NCBI GenBank assembly: GCA_945883775.1
Contig: CAMCYG010000004.1
Location: 1,844 to 65,843, forward strand
DNA: 64,000 nt
Reading direction: 5' to 3'
DNA from: Victivallis vadensis
Lineage (GTDB): Bacteria; Verrucomicrobiota; Kiritimatiellia; UBA8416; CAMCYG01
The notes under the pieces are model-generated. The model had not been told where the DNA came from. It searched no databases and saw only the letters and a list, made by a program, of their open reading frames with translations. Positions 63,829 through 64,000 of this stretch are shown piece by piece (position 1 is the stretch's first letter; every line of letters begins with the position of its first letter). The translations under genes and the position numbers were made by a program.

Positions 63829-64000
63829 TTACTCGTTTTCCTTCGTACGGGTGGAGCCGTATATCGATGAGATGCTCAAAACTGTGCTTGTGGCAACGAC
63901 CGCGCCCAGAATCCATACAGTAGCTGGAATCTGGAGGTTGAAATCGCCAAGGGAGTGAAAGGCCATGGCTATACCCGAAAGTAATCCGCCTAATATGTAT
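63829..64000 (-). CDS. C-terminal end of a membrane protein, O-antigen ligase/Wzy_C-like (partial, continues beyond the window)
   Basis: Own translation of the minus-strand frame ending in TAA at 63829-63831: YILGGLLSGIAMAFHSLGDFNLQIPATVWILGAVVATSTVLSISSIYGSTRTKENE*. The H-S-L-x-D-F-N-L-x-I-P-A pattern is typical of O-antigen ligase family C-termini. Not in the ORF track because it has no start in the window. Confidence 0.5.
   Translation of the reverse strand, partial: YILGGLLSGIAMAFHSLGDFNLQIPATVWILGAVVATSTVLSISSIYGSTRTKENE

Overview
This 64-kb window looks like a chromosomal segment of a diderm bacterium, and almost every ORF-track gene fits a recognisable family. The gene content (several Hanks-type kinases, an exosortase, a Tad pilus, kdu genes, GTAG-headed REP-like repeats) suggests a PVC-type lineage, but that is inference only.

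Layout, left to right:
- **1-3956:** a visibly AT-richer accessory segment. It holds an LRR lipoprotein, TPR-like and membrane hypotheticals, a decayed tyrosine-integrase C-terminus, and tRNA-Val(TAC) with its terminator.
- **4233-7589:** glyQS-larB-larC.
- **7748-15022:** a zinc-ribbon Ser/Thr kinase divergent from an LPS-kinase-family gene, then lptF/G, murJ and a GT9 heptosyltransferase.
- **15195-17446:** kduD-kduI-eda.
- **17516-26421:** a minus-strand Tad/Flp pilus operon. It has two flp pilins, TadE/TadG-like pseudopilins, cpaB, an FHA-fused cpaF, tadB and tadC. No secretin, CpaE/TadZ or prepilin peptidase is present.
- **26504-32663:** a translationally coupled trio. It encodes an exported poly-CxxCxGxG protein, an LRR receptor-type Ser/Thr kinase, and a B12-binding radical SAM enzyme. 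This is my best candidate for an undescribed system.
- **32699-36679:** a MetH-like methyltransferase split into three genes, plus an AraC regulator.
- **36824-44682:** araD, sppA, and a complete bio operon (bioB-F-H-like-C-D-A) interrupted by a REP-like cluster.
- **44880-64000:** an exosortase/exopolysaccharide locus. It contains a mini-secretin, an exosortase, a GT26-EpsI fusion, GT4s, an epimerase, an SGNH hydrolase, three methyltransferases, a second B12-radical SAM, Wzy-like and Wzx genes, a sugar dehydrogenase and a metallophosphoesterase.

All calls rest on motifs read by eye from the translations. No database search or computation was run.
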